Below are positions 50,047-64,000 of a DNA stretch of 64,000 nucleotides, in pieces. The stretch spans positions 18,247-82,246 of the forward strand of contig JAGARU010000127.1 in the NCBI GenBank assembly GCA_017622085.1, read 5' to 3'. The notes under the pieces were generated by a model. That model had not been told where the DNA came from, ran no database searches, and saw nothing but the letters and a program-made list of their open reading frames with translations. The translations under genes and the position numbers were made by a program. How positions within the stretch are numbered: the stretch's first letter is position 1; every line of letters starts with the position of its first letter. This DNA comes from Clostridia bacterium (lineage in GTDB: Bacteria > Bacillota > Clostridia > Oscillospirales > CAG-272).

Positions 50047-53000
50047 AGTTTATGAAACTCCCCATCGGAATTCTACATACCGAATGGAATCGTTGAAGAC
50101 CAAAATCCTGTCGGGATACCACACAGTAATCATGCGAGACTCTGTGCCAAAATAACACAAATAGCGATTCCCCGCGCGGGCAGTTTGTCTGTCCCGGCGG
50201 GGAATTTTCCATACTTAAATTTCTTCGGTCAGTTTAACGTCCCAGTGCAAAGATTTTATGCAGCGCTCTTTTTACAAGTTCAATGTGCCAAAGATCGTGC
50301 ATAATATCCTTGCCTTTGTAGTACGGGGTTGCAAAATCTAAAAGTTGTTTTTCATTGATCATGTCAAATCTCCAATACCGCATCAAGACAAAGCGTGAGG
50401 GCATACGCAAAGGAATCGCCGCCCCAGCCTCGCTCATCGTATTTTTCTACATCCGCCAGCGTATCGGCGGTGAACAGAATTTCACCCCAGATCGCACCGC
50501 GCAGGGACGCACAGGCCGCTAAAGCGGAGCATTCCATTTCCACAACGGCACATCCCTCGGATCGGCGGTAGGCTACCTTTTCCTTGGTTTCCCGAAAAAA
50601 TCCGTCGGTGGACCAGGTCGTAACCTCTTGGTATTTTAATCCGTGTGCTCCCAGTGCCCGTTTAATTCCGTGCCGCGCCTCGGCGCTGACCTCCATATAA
50701 CGGGAGGGCGGGGCATAGTGGTAGGACGTGCCCTCGTCCCGCAAAGCCTTGGCCGGCACCAAAAACGTATTTTCCGGGAAATGCTCCAGCGCTCCGCAGC
50801 TCCCGGCGGAAACGATGATTTCCGCTCCATACCCAATCAGCCAGTCAAGAATCTGCGCAGCGGCGGCCGCTCCCACCGGCGCTTGACATAAGGCAACCGC
50901 CTCGCCCCCGTGCTCCGTTACGTACACCGGATATTCCTTTGTGGCCGACAGAAAGGTAGCCACCGGCTTACACCCATGGGCCTCTGCATAGCGGTCTACG
51001 TACTCGCCTAAAAAAGCAAATACTACTCGTCGGGGAAGAGAAACCCCAAGTCTTTCATGAGTCGGCAAAATCACCGCCGACGGATCGCTGTCATATTCCA
51101 AAATGGGAATTTCATGCTTAATAATACTCACGTCGCACCTCCGAAATCAAGTTCATTTTTATCATCGTGTCGCAAACCTCCAAAGGAATCAATCCGCCGC
51201 GCTGATCACCATAAACTCCTCATCGGTCAACGCTGTAACAGGATAAGGAGAGGTCGCCTGCAGCTCCTCTACATGAGCTCGCCGCTCCTCCGTAAAGTGG
51301 CAGATCAGAATCCCCTCAAAGAGCCCAAGTCCGGATAAGTCCTCAAGCCCGCAGGGATCGCGGTCGTATCGAAGCACGTGTCTGAGATCCGCTGAGGGAA
51401 TGTGAGCTCCGGCACTCCCTCCAATATAGACGCATCCCCGCGCCACTAGCGTCCGAATAAGCGCATCGGCTTTGCACGCCCGAATGCGCTTCAGCGTCCC
51501 AAAGGTATTTCCGCCGCTAATATAAATGGCGTCGTACTCCGTGTGGAAAAAGGCCGCGGGTGCATAATAGTTAAAGACGGATATGTTTTCCTTGGTGAAC
51601 CCAAAGGCCGCCAATCGGTCATGGTATACGCCACCCTCGATCCGCTCCCGGGTGGCCTTTTCATTTGGAAAGAACAGAACACGGCATTGCCCGATGGGCA
51701 TACCCAAATGCTCGTCAATTGCTCTCCGCGAATGCTCGTTGTGAAAATCTTTAGAAGAAAGTATCAGCTTCATGTTAAAAACTCCGTTATTCGATCGTAA
51801 TCCTCTTTTAAAATTCCGTAGACACAGGCGTCTACGATTCCTTGATTGTTTCGGCTCGCCCCACGAAGCGTACCCTCGTAGATCATGCCGCATTTTTTCA
51901 TCACCCGACCGGATTTTTTGTTGTTCGGATCGTGGCGCGCCTCAACGCGCAGAGCTTCCACCCGGTTAAAAAAGAAGTTGAGTAGCTGCGACAAGGCCTC
52001 GGGAACGTAGCGCTGCCCCCACCATTGGCTACCAATGCAGTAACCGATCTCTATCATATCGACGGATTCGTCGATCCTCACCGCGGAAATGCAACCGATG
52101 GGTTCACCCAAATCCTTTGGCACAATGCCCCATAAGTAGAAGTCGGGATGCCTGTAGGATTCACTCCACTTCGATAGGACCTCACGGGTTTCGTCGATAC
52201 AAGCATGGGTTTTCCAACGGAGAAATTCCGTTACGTTCTCGTCTCTCGTCCAGTTTTTATAAGCGGCCTCCGCGTCATTCATTGTAAGTGGCCGCAAAAT
52301 CAATCGCTCCGTTTCTAAATTTACCGTTCCTGAATGCTTCATTTTCATTTCCTCCGTTTTCTTGCCATTGCCAAAAAGTGATTGGAAAATCCCATAATGC
52401 TTTCTTCCTTTTCCAGTAGTCGCACGATCCGCAGAATGGCTTCTCGCTTAACGGGATCGAACCATATCTCGTCCAAATTTCGCACCACCGTGGTGGGCCC
52501 CATGATGCCACGAAGCTCTACTTCATAAAAGCCGGCATTTTTTATTTCCTCCTTTAGTTCCGTCGGTTCGTGAAAGTAAGCCGTTCCCATAGGCTTTTTT
52601 GTGTGGATGCCGGTTTTTACCGTTGTTTCCAGCATATGATAAAACTCGTCATCATCCAGCGCCGAATCGTAGTCGTATCGGCTGAGATATTTTAAGGTGG
52701 TCGCATATTTTGTGATCGCCGCGACAAATAAAAGCCCTCCCGGCTTCAGAAGCCGCAGACATTCCTTTAAGCACAGCGCCCGCTCTTCCGTCTCCGTAAT
52801 GTGATAAAGCGGTCCGAAAAGCAAAATTGCATCCGCACTCTCATCCGGACGAGGAATGCTTCTTGCGTCCGCTACCTGTACCCCCGCCAGACAAACCTTC
52901 TGTGATTGTGCGAAGGGGTAAGACATCTCAATATTTTTCTCAGCCAGATCGTATAGATATACCTCGTATCCACGAGCGGCCAAATGACAGGCGTATTCAC

Positions 53001-56000
53001 CGTACCCTCCGCCAATGTCGTAAATCACCGCCGGAGGCGGTGGAAGCTGTTCCGCGAGGACCTCCTTTGTTCGTTCGAACTCAACCAGTCCGATGCCCTT
53101 ATGTAGCCGTCCCCATTCTTTGCCCGCATTGTAGGAGGCAAGTACGTCCTTGTCAATGGATTTCATTTTTGAGATCCCCTTTCATAAAAATAATAAATAA
53201 AAAAACGGTGCAAATCGAAAAAACCTTCGACTTGCACCGTAATATCCAAAATAACTCGGTAAAATACAAGCTAAACCGAAATTTGGGTACGACAATCCAA
53301 GCCCGACGAACCATTATCCTGTTCGGCGCGCTGTTCATTAAGCTGATTCATGTTGTAAACAAACACGTAAAGAGCCATTGTCGTACGTCCTTTCGTAAAA
53401 TATACCTCAGTATAGCACCGCTCCCGCGCTTTTGTCAAGTGCTTTTTTCGCTATCTGCCAATTCAATAAGAAAAGACCGCCTTGCTCAGGCGGTCTTTTG
53501 GAATTTTACTTCTGAAGTCTTGCTTCAAGAGCGGCAAGCTCGTCGTACATGGTCTCGGGAACTCTTGCACCAACCTGTGCGTAGAATTCTTTGATGTTCT
53601 GTACGTCTTCCAGCCAGGAAGCGGTATCTACGGTCAGGAGCTCCTTGATGGTGTCAAGGGTAATGCCCTCAAGACCCTCAATGCAGATGTCCTCTGCCTT
53701 GGGAACGTAACCGATGGGAGTGATGTCCGCATCAACCTTGCCCTCGCAACGGTCAAGGATCCACATAAGAACTCTCATGTTGTCGCCGAAGCCGGGCCAG
53801 ATGAAGTTGCCGTCTGCATCGGTGCGGAACCAGTTTACGTGGAAGATCTTGGGAGCGTGAGGAATCTTGGTGCCCATTGCAAGCCAGTGTGCCCAGTAGT
53901 CACCCATGTCGTAACCAACGAAGGGACGCATTGCCATGGGGTCGCGGCGAACTACGCCAACTGCGCCGGCTGCAGCAGCAGTGGTCTCGGAGGCCATGAT
54001 GGAGCCAACGAAGGCACCGTTCTGCCAAGAGGTGGACTGATATACAAGGGGAGCAGTCTTTGCACGTCGACCGCCGAATACGATTGCAGAGATGGGAACG
54101 CCGGCAGGATTGGAGAACTGATCGGAGATGCAGGGGCAGTTGATCGCCTTTGCGGTGAAGCGGGAGTTGGGATGTGCGCCGCAGGTGGACTTATCCTTCT
54201 TGTCGTACTTGGTGCAGTCCCAAGGATTGCCCTTCCAGTCGATGGCATTGCCGGGTGTGGGAGGATTGTTGTCAAGGCCTTCCCACCAAACGGTATTGTC
54301 CGCGGTGTTATGTACGACGTTAGTGAAGATGGTGTCGCGGAGGCAGGTGTGAAGTGCGTTGGGGTTGGACTTTTCGTTGGTGCCGGGAGCAACGCCGAAG
54401 AAGCCGTTCTCGGGGTTAACCGCCCACAGTCTTCCGTCCTCGCCAACACGGAGCCAAGCAATATCGTCGCCTACGCACCAAACCTTATAGCCCTTCTTTG
54501 CATAGTATTCCGGAGGAATCAGCATAGCAAGGTTGGTCTTACCGCAAGCAGAGGGGAATGCGGCGCAAACGTACTTGGTCTCGCCATCGGGATACTGTAC
54601 GCCAAGGATGAGCATGTGCTCAGCCATCCAGCCTTCCTTGCGACCAAGGTAGGAAGCAATACGGAGAGCGAAGCACTTCTTGCCGAGAAGCACGTTTCCG
54701 CCGTAACCGGAGTTAACGGACCAGATGGTGTTCTCCTCAGGGAAGTGAACGATGTAACGGTTGTTCTCATCAATGTCAGCACGTGCGTGCAGACCCTTGA
54801 TGTAGTCTGCGCTGTCGCCGAGTGCCTCAAGCACGTCGTTGCCAACGCGGGTCATGATGAGCATGTTCAGTACAACGTAGATGGAGTCGGTAAGCTCGAT
54901 TCCGTACTTAGCAAAGGGAGAGCCTACAACGGACATGGAGTAGGGGATCACGTACATGGTACGGCCCTTCATGGAGCCACGGTAGAGCTTGGTCAACTTT
55001 TCCTTGCACTCGGTGGGGTCCATCCAGTTGTTGATGTTGCCGGCATCCTCCTTCTTGGAGGTGCAGATGAAGGTTCTGCCTTCTACACGGGCAACGTCGT
55101 TTACTGCGGTTCTGTGGAGGTAGCAGTTGGGGAGCTTTTCCTCGTTGAGCTTGATCATCTCGCCGGTAGCGCAAGCCTCTGCGCGGAGAGCCTCTGCCTG
55201 AGCCTCGGAGCCGTCGATCCAAACAATTTTGTCGGGCTGGGTCAAGGCCTGCATCTCGTCGATCCAGTCAAGAACGAAGCGGTTGTTTGTGTTCATGTGA
55301 TAATCTCCTATCTATAACATTAAATTTTTGCGCGGTTGTGCGGTGCAAAATAACCATTTCACACCACCATACATTGTACCTCATTTTTGTGAATTTTTCA
55401 ATGATAAAAAATTACATTTTTTCGTTTCTGCATCACTTTGTGAAAAACGCCAATAGAAATCGGTAAAAACAGGAAAAAAATGGGCAAATTTCTGCCACTC
55501 ATCCATGAAATGTGGACAAAATGAAAACTTTGCGGACAAGTTTTCCGGAATCCCTTGAAAAAGTCGGCGAATACGGGTATAATCATAAGGAATAAATAAA
55601 CAACGGAGGCACAGTATGGTTAAATATCTGTTTGCATTTTTGGAAGCTGCAACCGACGGCGCCGAAGGCGCTGGCCCCAGCAGCATGATTGGCTCGATCG
55701 TAATGATTGTGGCTATGATCGCGATCTTCTACTTCCTTATGTACAGACCCCAGAAGAAGCAGGAGAAGGAAGCGGCTAAGATGAGAGATGAACTCATGGT
55801 TGGTGACGAGATCACGACCATCGGCGGCATCATCGGTGAGATCGTTAGCATTAAGGAAAACACCGTTATGATCGAGACCGGTAAGGACAGAACCAAGATC
55901 CGCATCCTCACCACCGCGATCCGTAACGTAGACGTTCACGCAACGGAAAAGCACGCGGCTGCCCAGGCCAGAGCCGAAGAAAAGTCTGAGTAATCGGCGA

Positions 56001-59000
56001 ATTCTCTTCATAAAAAGCCCCTCGGTTTCGTATAGTGTACCAAGCACTTTATGAAATCGGGGTTTTTTATATGGATCGAATGTTAAAAAGGGAAAAACGT
56101 CGCCTCCCCCACACCCGGGAGGCGTCGCCGTCCTTGTTGCGTGCCGTGCTTGTCGGACTTGGTGCCTTTGTCATCAGCGCATTTCTTTTGTCCCTTCTGG
56201 CAACCGCCATCGCCTACGGGCAGAGGGACCCGGATGCCTTTCTGTTCATTGGCAGTTTGTGTCCCTTCTTGTCGGCCGTTCTCGGTGGTGCAATCAGCGG
56301 AAGACTGTATCCAGCCCGCGCCTGGCTCGGCGGAGGCATTACCGGCTTTGTGGCCTCTGCTCTCATGTGGCTTTTGTCTGCCGGCATGGAAGCACGCCTT
56401 GGGGCAGGGCAGGCTTTGCTCTTACACCTTGCCGTAGCGGCTGTCGCTATCCTCAGCTCGGCCCTCCTCGGCCCCCGCCACCCAAAGCGCAAGCACCGCT
56501 ATTCCCGATGATACCAAATAAAAATGCCAAGCGAAGCACCGCTTGGCGTTTTTATTTGTTCATCAGGAAATTATCCCTTTAACCGTTGGATCTGACGCTC
56601 CACCTTTTCACAGCGTGCCTGCATATCGGCGATCTGCCGTCTATAGTAGCCCAGAACCTCGTCATCCCGCTTTGCCTTGGCGGCTACGTATGCGCGGTCC
56701 AGCTTTGCCAGCGTAGCGCCGTTGTCCGATTCCTTTTTTCGGGCAGCGGATAGACGGTCGTTTAGATCCTTGTCTTTGTTGTAGAGGCTCACGGCCTCCT
56801 CGTAGGAGCTTGCCATCCCAAGCTGCCAGAAGCGAAGGATCGCCGCCAGCTGGAGATAGCTGGTTACGGTAATACCGCTTTCCCGACTGTGTTTGGCGAT
56901 GGCATTCCGGTCATTGTCTCTCAGCGCCCGAAGAAGGAGCTGTGCACTTTGTAAACGTTCGTTAGCCATTTTTATTCCTCCTTCCACTTAGTAGCTTGAG
57001 CGGCGCTCAAGATATTCCAGATCCTTAAGAAGCATGTCGTGCCGGGTTACCAGCCCGTCGTACTGACTCTTCAAGCTGTTTGCTTCCCATTGGCGCTGGC
57101 TCTCTTCTAAAGGATCGTATACGTTGTGCGTTTTTGAGAAGTCCGCGATCTGCCGGCTGAGATCGGTAGCAGAAGCCTCGGCATCCCGGAGCTCGCGCTC
57201 TGCCGTCGATGCCTTGTCCGTCTCATAACGAACCAGCGCTTCCTTGATGGAGGAGCAATGGCTTCCGTTGGCGATTTTGATCACCTCGTCAAGAATCGAA
57301 GTGTTGCGGTAGAAATCGGGTAATATGTCAAAACCAATGGCATCCAGCGCATCCGAGGTTGCCTGGCGCTCGCCCTTGACGGATTCCATGCGGGCAACCA
57401 CACGGCGCAAAATGGAGAGCTCGTAGGCCACGTCTCCCGGACGGCTTGAAATTTTGTTGCCGGAGAATTGGAAGGACGCCTTCGGCGCGTGGCTGGACTG
57501 ATCCGCATCCTTCTGAAGCTGAGCGATCTCCTGCTTCAGCGCCTTGATGGCGCTGTCATGCGCCTTCTGCTCCCTGGCAAGACGCTTTTCCGAGGGAGGC
57601 GCCGATTTGATTGCGAGAATGCTCACCCGACCGATGAGGATGATCAATCCGGCCAATATCCAAACGAGGAGGGGAAGCAGACAAATCACCGTTCGGCCCT
57701 CCGGTGCCTGCTCTAAGGGATAGCAGGTAACCGCCAGCAAAAAGATGGCAGAATAGATAGCCGCACCGATGGCTAAACCGGGCGCGGAGAGCAAGTCACC
57801 TTCTATGGCACCGTGGCCAAGGCTGATGCCCAGAATTAAGAGTGGAAGATAGACGATCGCGGCCATAACAAGACATTCTACCGTGGAAATTTCGCTTCCG
57901 TTTGAAACGATGGCTATCGCCAATGCGGGTACGATCTTAAAGGCGAACAAAAGCATTGCGCCGATATAGAGGGGAACGGAGAGGAATAGGGTAATTTTGG
58001 TCAGCCGATTTGCCACGCGCTCCTTGGCAATCCGATCGGTGGCGCGCTCATCGTCAATGCTACGTAACAGAGCCTTTTTTCGTTTGTCAAAGTCCAGCTC
58101 CTTGCGGGAGAGCTCGTTCTTTTTGTCGGATAATTTTTTTTGCGGAGTAGCGCGGGCCTTGTCCTTTGCATCAATTTGAGCAAAAACGTCCTCCAGCGTC
58201 TGTGCCGCATCAAAGCCGGAGCTTGTTTGCGAATAATTAAGAGCCATAACGTATCCTCCTTATGATAATTTTATTATATCGTTCTGTTGGTCACAGATTG
58301 TTAACAAATTATAAATAATGTTGAATAAAGGCGGTTTCCGTGTAATATTTTTTGTAGGAGTACGATACGCTCTTGAATTGCGGAAAAAAATGTGTTATTA
58401 TAATAGATAATGAGAATTATAATAGAAACGGGTACGCCTTTTCAAACGGTAAAGGAGTACCTGAAATACGAACTGCACCTCTCCACCGGAATGATCTCCG
58501 CCCTCAAGCGAAGGGAGCGGGGAATCTGCCGGAACGGAGAGCCCGTCACCGTCCGATGTCTCCTTTCGCCACCCTGTGAGCTGGAGCTGGCCATTGAGGA
58601 CGGGGAAGAGGATAAAAATCCGTTTTTAGTGCCCGAGCCCATTCCCCTGAACCTTGTATATGAGGACGAGGGCATTGTGGTTATCAACAAGCCGCCCCAT
58701 ATGCCAACCCATCCGTCCTTAGGACATCACGGCGGTACCCTCGCTAACGCCTTGGCCTATCACGCCGGAGCGCGTGGCGGCACCTTTGTGTTTCGCCCCA
58801 TTAACCGCTTGGATCGGGATACCAGCGGCCTGGTGCTTTGTGCCTACGACCGTGTTTCTGCCGCTCGCTATTCTGCGCTTTTAAAGGCAGGCTGTTTTCA
58901 AAAGACGTACCTTGCCGTAGTGGAGGGCGAAGTGCAGGGAAGCGGCCGCATCGACCGCCCCATTCGCCGTGCTACAGAGGGCATCATCCGCCGCGAAACC

Positions 59001-62000
59001 TGTCGCCCAGAGGACGACGGCGCGGAGGAGGCCGTTACCGAATACCGTTCTCTTGCCACAGACGGACAGATTTCCGTCCTCTGTGTGACTCCCATTACCG
59101 GACGTACCCATCAGATCCGCGTCCACATGGCATCCCTCGGTCATCCCATCGTGGGAGATACCCTGTACGGGCGACCGAACCCGCAGATGCCTCGCCAAGC
59201 GCTTCATGCCATCTCGCTCCAGGTTACCGATGGCCCCAGGACCGTGCACTTCTTCGCCCCGATCCCCGAGGACATCCGAGCCTGCCTTGCCACCCATTTA
59301 CCGAAGTTGAATCCGGAGGAATTGCTTTGATTAAAACAGCTTACCGCAAACTGAGACGCTACGTACCTACCGTTGCGATCTGGACCTTTGTCCTTACCGC
59401 TTTGTGCGCCGTGATCCACACGGTTGCCAAGCATAGCCGCCCCTTTGCCGACTTTATGAATTTTAAGGTCAACCACGTGTTCCGCGGTCTCTTGGCTCAC
59501 CTGACCGGCTGGCTTCCGTTCTCCTTGGCGGAGGCGCTGATCCTCGCGATCCCGGTGATTGCCATCGTCCTGGTGGTGCTGTGCATCCGTGTGGCTAAAA
59601 AGAGCTGGCGCCACGTGATCCGCTATGTGAGCGGAATCCTTGCGATTATCTGCTATTTCTACATCTCCTTTGTCCTTACCTACGGAATCGGATACGTAAC
59701 CACCCCCGTGGAGGACGTTCTTGGCTTGGATCGCCGCGACGTTTCTGCAACGGAGCTGAAAAAAACGGCCGATATCCTGACTGAGGAGATCAACAGCATC
59801 ATCAACGAGATCGATTTTGCCTACGCCGGATTTTCTCATATGCCATACTCCCTGAACGAAATGAGCGCAAAGCTGTGTGACGCCTATGAGAGCTTCTGTG
59901 AGAAGTATCCCCACGTCAATACCTTCCGTAGCCGTATTAAGCCCGTTGCCCTCAGCGAGCCCCTTACCTATACTCACCTGTCCGGCATCTATTCCTATAT
60001 GACGGGCGAGTCCAATCTGAACGTCAATTACCCCGACTACATTCTGCCCTCCACCGCCGCCCACGAGATGTCCCATCAGAGAGGCTTTGCGCGGGAGGAT
60101 GAGGCGAGCTTCATCGCATTTCTTGTCAGCATGGAGTCGGATGACCCCTATATCCGCTATAGCGCCGCCATCGACGTGTATTCTTACGTCATAAACGCTC
60201 TCTACCAGGCCAACCCCAATATGTACTTTGCCACCGTAGGCAATCTGGACTACCGTGCCCAGTACGAAAAGAGCGCATTTTACAGCTTCTTTGAAAAATA
60301 CCAGGACAACGTGGTGGCAGAAACCACCGATAAGATCAACGACGCCTACCTGCAAATTCAGGGAACCGTCGGCACCCGTAGCTACGGCATGGTGGTTGAC
60401 CTGACCGTGGCCTACTACCGCAGCATGAACTGGCAATTGCCCGAGCAATAATTTTAAATCAACCTGAAAGGAGGATAAAGCAGTGAATAAAACGGTAAAA
60501 CGCATCCTGTACGCAGTTTTTGCGCTCCTCCTTGTGGTGGGCTCCATCCCGGTCTCCGCTCCTCGCGTCGATGCCGCCGCTTCCGTTGTACCAACCCTTT
60601 ACTGTAACGATGAGGCATGGTATAAGGATTCCGATCTGCCGCTGGTACGCTACTATTCCTCCTATCTGGTTCCCGTTTCCATTTTCAGTATGTTTGAGGG
60701 CTATGAGGTAGTCGTTGACCGGCGGGAGGGCGAGTTCATGATCGCCAACCGGGTCACCGGCGTTTACATGACCTTCAACTATAAGGATTCCTACGCCATG
60801 AACGATAAGGGCGAGGAGTTTTATTTCATTTCTCACCGTATGTACTCCTCCGAGTACTACGTGCCGGCCGATACCGTGTGCGAGTACTTTGGACTGGACT
60901 GTGAGGTCTATTCTTCCACTTACGATGGTAGCGTTTGTCTGCGCATCAGCGATTCTGCGGCCACTGAGTCTCTGGCCCAGCTCCTTTTGCACTACAATCC
61001 TGCCGCCCTGGGCGTGGAAACGACTCCAAGCGACACCAAGATTGAGCCCTATGCCAAGGGCAAAAAGGTGTACCTCACCTTTAACGGCATCGATCCCCGA
61101 TATACGGAGCGCATCCTGAATGTCCTGCGCCAGCACGGCATGAAGGGAACGTTCTTCTTAACGGAGAAGGATATAAAAGAGAACCCCGAAACGGTCATCC
61201 GCATCTACACGGAGGGTCACGCCATCGGAATTTATGTGGAAACTGTAACCGAAGGCCCGACGCTGAATTTTGATGACGCCATGAACCAGCTGGGCCGCGC
61301 CAATCAAATGCTGTTCCAGCTTTTGAAGATCCGCACCCGTCTGATCCGAACGGACCTGTCTGCCACCGATACCACCCGAATTCTGGCGGGCGTCCATTAC
61401 GAAAATCTGAAATATTGCGGCTACGTCCTTTGGAACCATAACAATTCTTCCTATATTTACAATTATACAGAGGAGAGCGTCCGCTTGGATATTTTGCAAA
61501 CCGTAACCGGCCGGCAAACACCCGTCGTCTACGTGCCCAACACCGAGTACTGTACCCTCGCTTTTGCCTCTGCCATGGAGGAGCTGAGCAAAAACGAAAG
61601 TTATACCTTCCTTGCGATCTCTGCCTCCATGCGCGAGTACAACTACATCGAAACGATCCAATAATCCGGTATATTCTTTTGAGGTGAACAATATGGAAGA
61701 CAAAAAAATCCTTGTGGTTGAGGATGAAAAGAACATTGCCCAGGTTCTTGCCTATAACCTGAAAAAGGAGGGCTACGCCGTGGATACGGCGGGCGACGGC
61801 GAGGAAGGCTTGCGCTTAGCCCTGGGCGGGGAATACGATCTGATCCTTCTGGATATCATGCTGCCCAAGCTGGACGGCTTTGAGGTCTGCCGCCGCATCC
61901 GTACCCGCTCTTCTGTGCCGATCATTTTCGTAACGGCCCGTGAGGAGGAAAAGGATAAGATCTTTGGCCTCGAAACGGGCGGAGATGACTACGTAACCAA

Positions 62001-64000
62001 GCCCTTCTCCATTAAGGAGCTGCTTTCCCGCATCCGCGCCAACATCCGTCGCGGACGGAACGAGATGGTAGTGGAGCCCGAAAAGCACAATACCAACGCC
62101 ATGATGATCGGTGAGCTGGTCATCGATTGCGCCCACTACAGCGTCAGCAAAAATAATGTTCCCATCGAGCTCTCCAAAAAGGAATACGATCTTTTGGTCT
62201 TTCTGGCCGTTCATGCAGGTCAGGCCTTCTCTCGCGAGACCCTGCTTGAAGAGGTATGGGGCTACGCCGGCTTTTACGGAGATATCCGCACGGTGGACGT
62301 CACCATCAGCCGCCTTCGCGATAAGCTGGGCGATGATAAATCCCACCTCAAATACATATTGACCAAGCGTAACGTAGGTTACTATCTCAATAATTTCTCA
62401 TAAACTCATCCGTGTGGAGAAGGGAGGCGACGGCGCCTGTTTAAGAGTATTTATTTCAAAATCGTTCTGATCCTTGCGATCTTCATTATTACGGTCATGT
62501 CCGTTATCGGCACCGTCCTTTTGAACTCTGTGTCCAACTTCTATTCGGACGAGTTTTACGCCCAGATGACGGACGAGCTCTCGGAGGACTCTCTTCTGGT
62601 CTCCGAGCTGGTCTCTGCTCTTTCCTCCGCCACCTATGCCGAGGAAATGAGTAACATTCTGGATTCCTACAGCGGTATGCTGGGTATTGACCGTTACCGC
62701 GATTACTTTATCCTTAATATGAACGGCGAGATGCTCTCCGGCTCCGATATGTCTCAGGAGGGTACCATGGAGCTGACGGGCAACGTGATCGCCGCCATGC
62801 AGCGCCTGCCCTCCGCCCGTAATGCCTACGGCTCTACCTATTTTGATTACGCCCTGTACCTGACCAACGGCGCACAGGAATGTATTCTTTACATCAAGGA
62901 TACTCAAGGGGAGATGCAACAGCTCAGCTGGATCCTGTTCTCCATCGTTCTTCAGTCTTTGTTCTTCGGCATGGTTATTGCTGTGGTTCTTTCGTTCTTC
63001 CTTGCAAGAGCCATCTCCCGCCCCATCCAGACCCTGACCAAGGGCGCACAGCTGGTTGCCTCCGGTGAGTTCTCCCACACCATCGAGAACCACTCTGACG
63101 ACGAGATCGGTACCCTTACGGATACCTTCAACGACATGAAAACAGCCTTGAAGAACACCATCGACGAGGTAGACGGCGAGCGCCAGAAGCTTCGTACCGT
63201 GTTCTCCTATCTGAAGGACGCCGTTGTGGCCTTTACTAACGACGGAAAGGTACTGCATATCAATCAGAGCGCTATGGAATTCTTCGGCAAGAGCTACGAT
63301 AAGAATTTCGATCTTGAGCGTATGCTGGATCTTCTGAACATCTCCTTTACCGACGAGGAGATCAGCGCCATGCAGAAGGGACGATCCAAGGACGTCTTCT
63401 CTGAGAATGGCATTGTTTTCCACGATAAGGTGCTGAACAGCACCAAGGTGGTAGACGTAAGCTTCGGTGAAATCAAATACGTAAAGGAAAATAAAACCCA
63501 GATCGGTTTTATCACCGTCCTCCACGATGTAACCAATCGCTACGAGCTGGATAAATCCCGTCGCGAGTTCGTTGCAAACGTCTCCCACGAGCTCCGCACG
63601 CCTCTTACGTCCATCAAGGGTGCCTGTGAGACCGTGCGTTCCGACGCGGAAATGCCGGAGGATATGCGCGATTACTTCCTCGGCATGGCCTCGGACGAGT
63701 GCGACCGCATGACGCGCATTGTTACCGACCTTCTGACCCTTTCCCGGCTGGATAATAACCGCACCCGCTGGAATATCGAAAGCTTCTCCATCGAGGACGC
63801 GGTCAAGCATATCTGTGACGTGCTCCGCGTGGATGCAGACGCACACAATCACGAGCTGTCCATGTTTATTAACGGCCACCTTCCCAACATTACGGCCGAT
63901 AAGGAGCGGATTGCACAGGTTATCATCAACATCATTTCCAACGCCATCAAGTATACCCCCGACGGCGGAAAGATCGACGTATTCCTGGATGCCTACGATA

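Larger units (their letters stand above)
47951..50233. other. AT-rich accessory islet
   Basis: Hand counts of 60-nt samples give 37% GC (48001-48060) and 35-40% (49561-49620, 49741-49800), against 72% at 50701-50760. The islet contains only poorly conserved surface-protein-type genes. Confidence 0.5.

Overview
This 64-kb window looks like chromosomal core DNA from a moderately GC-rich, spore-forming Firmicute of the class Clostridia. The taxonomic guess rests on gene content and synteny only: glgD, a SpoVAF/GerA-type gene, an anSME-sulfatase pair and apgM. About 60 protein genes and one tRNA-Leu(CAG) are supported. Recognisable blocks are: AsnC regulator-aminotransferase; rpmB; pcrA; mgsA; a five-gene minus-strand operon (Zn-ribbon methyltransferase, anSME, Cys-type sulfatase, MBL hydrolase, HD hydrolase); mntP; a complete glycogen operon glgB-glgC-glgD-glgA-glgP-GH13; a VTC/DUF4956 pair; tig-clpP-clpX; a long minus-strand housekeeping operon (apgM-lepB-rbgA-rnhB-yraN-dipeptidase-thrC-phosphoesterase); rplS; ychF; two OmpR/HK two-component systems; GTP-dependent PEPCK; yajC; an RluA-type pseudouridine synthase. 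I found no CRISPR array, integrase, transposase, rRNA or hallmark defence gene. Many consensus sigma-A promoters (TTGaca-17-TATAAT) and hairpin terminators are readable directly. The places worth a second look are: (1) a single-gene AT-rich cassette behind rplS, bracketed by a perfect 44-bp direct repeat of the rplS 3' end; (2) an AT-rich ~2.3-kb islet at 47.95-50.3 kb carrying a probably frameshifted NAGPA-like gene, an LRR lipoprotein and a truncated HD-gene stub; (3) a ~230-nt leader with a 35-codon uORF and a strong terminator in front of a methyltransferase-GNAT-S51-nucleoside phosphorylase operon; (4) an orphan promoter-terminator pair (candidate ~75-nt sRNA) inside a ~700-bp gene-free spacer; (5) an unrecognisable two-gene membrane/coiled-coil module at 56.6-58.2 kb; (6) a WalK-like kinase with no canonical start codon. 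All family assignments come from motif recognition by eye. No database search was run.
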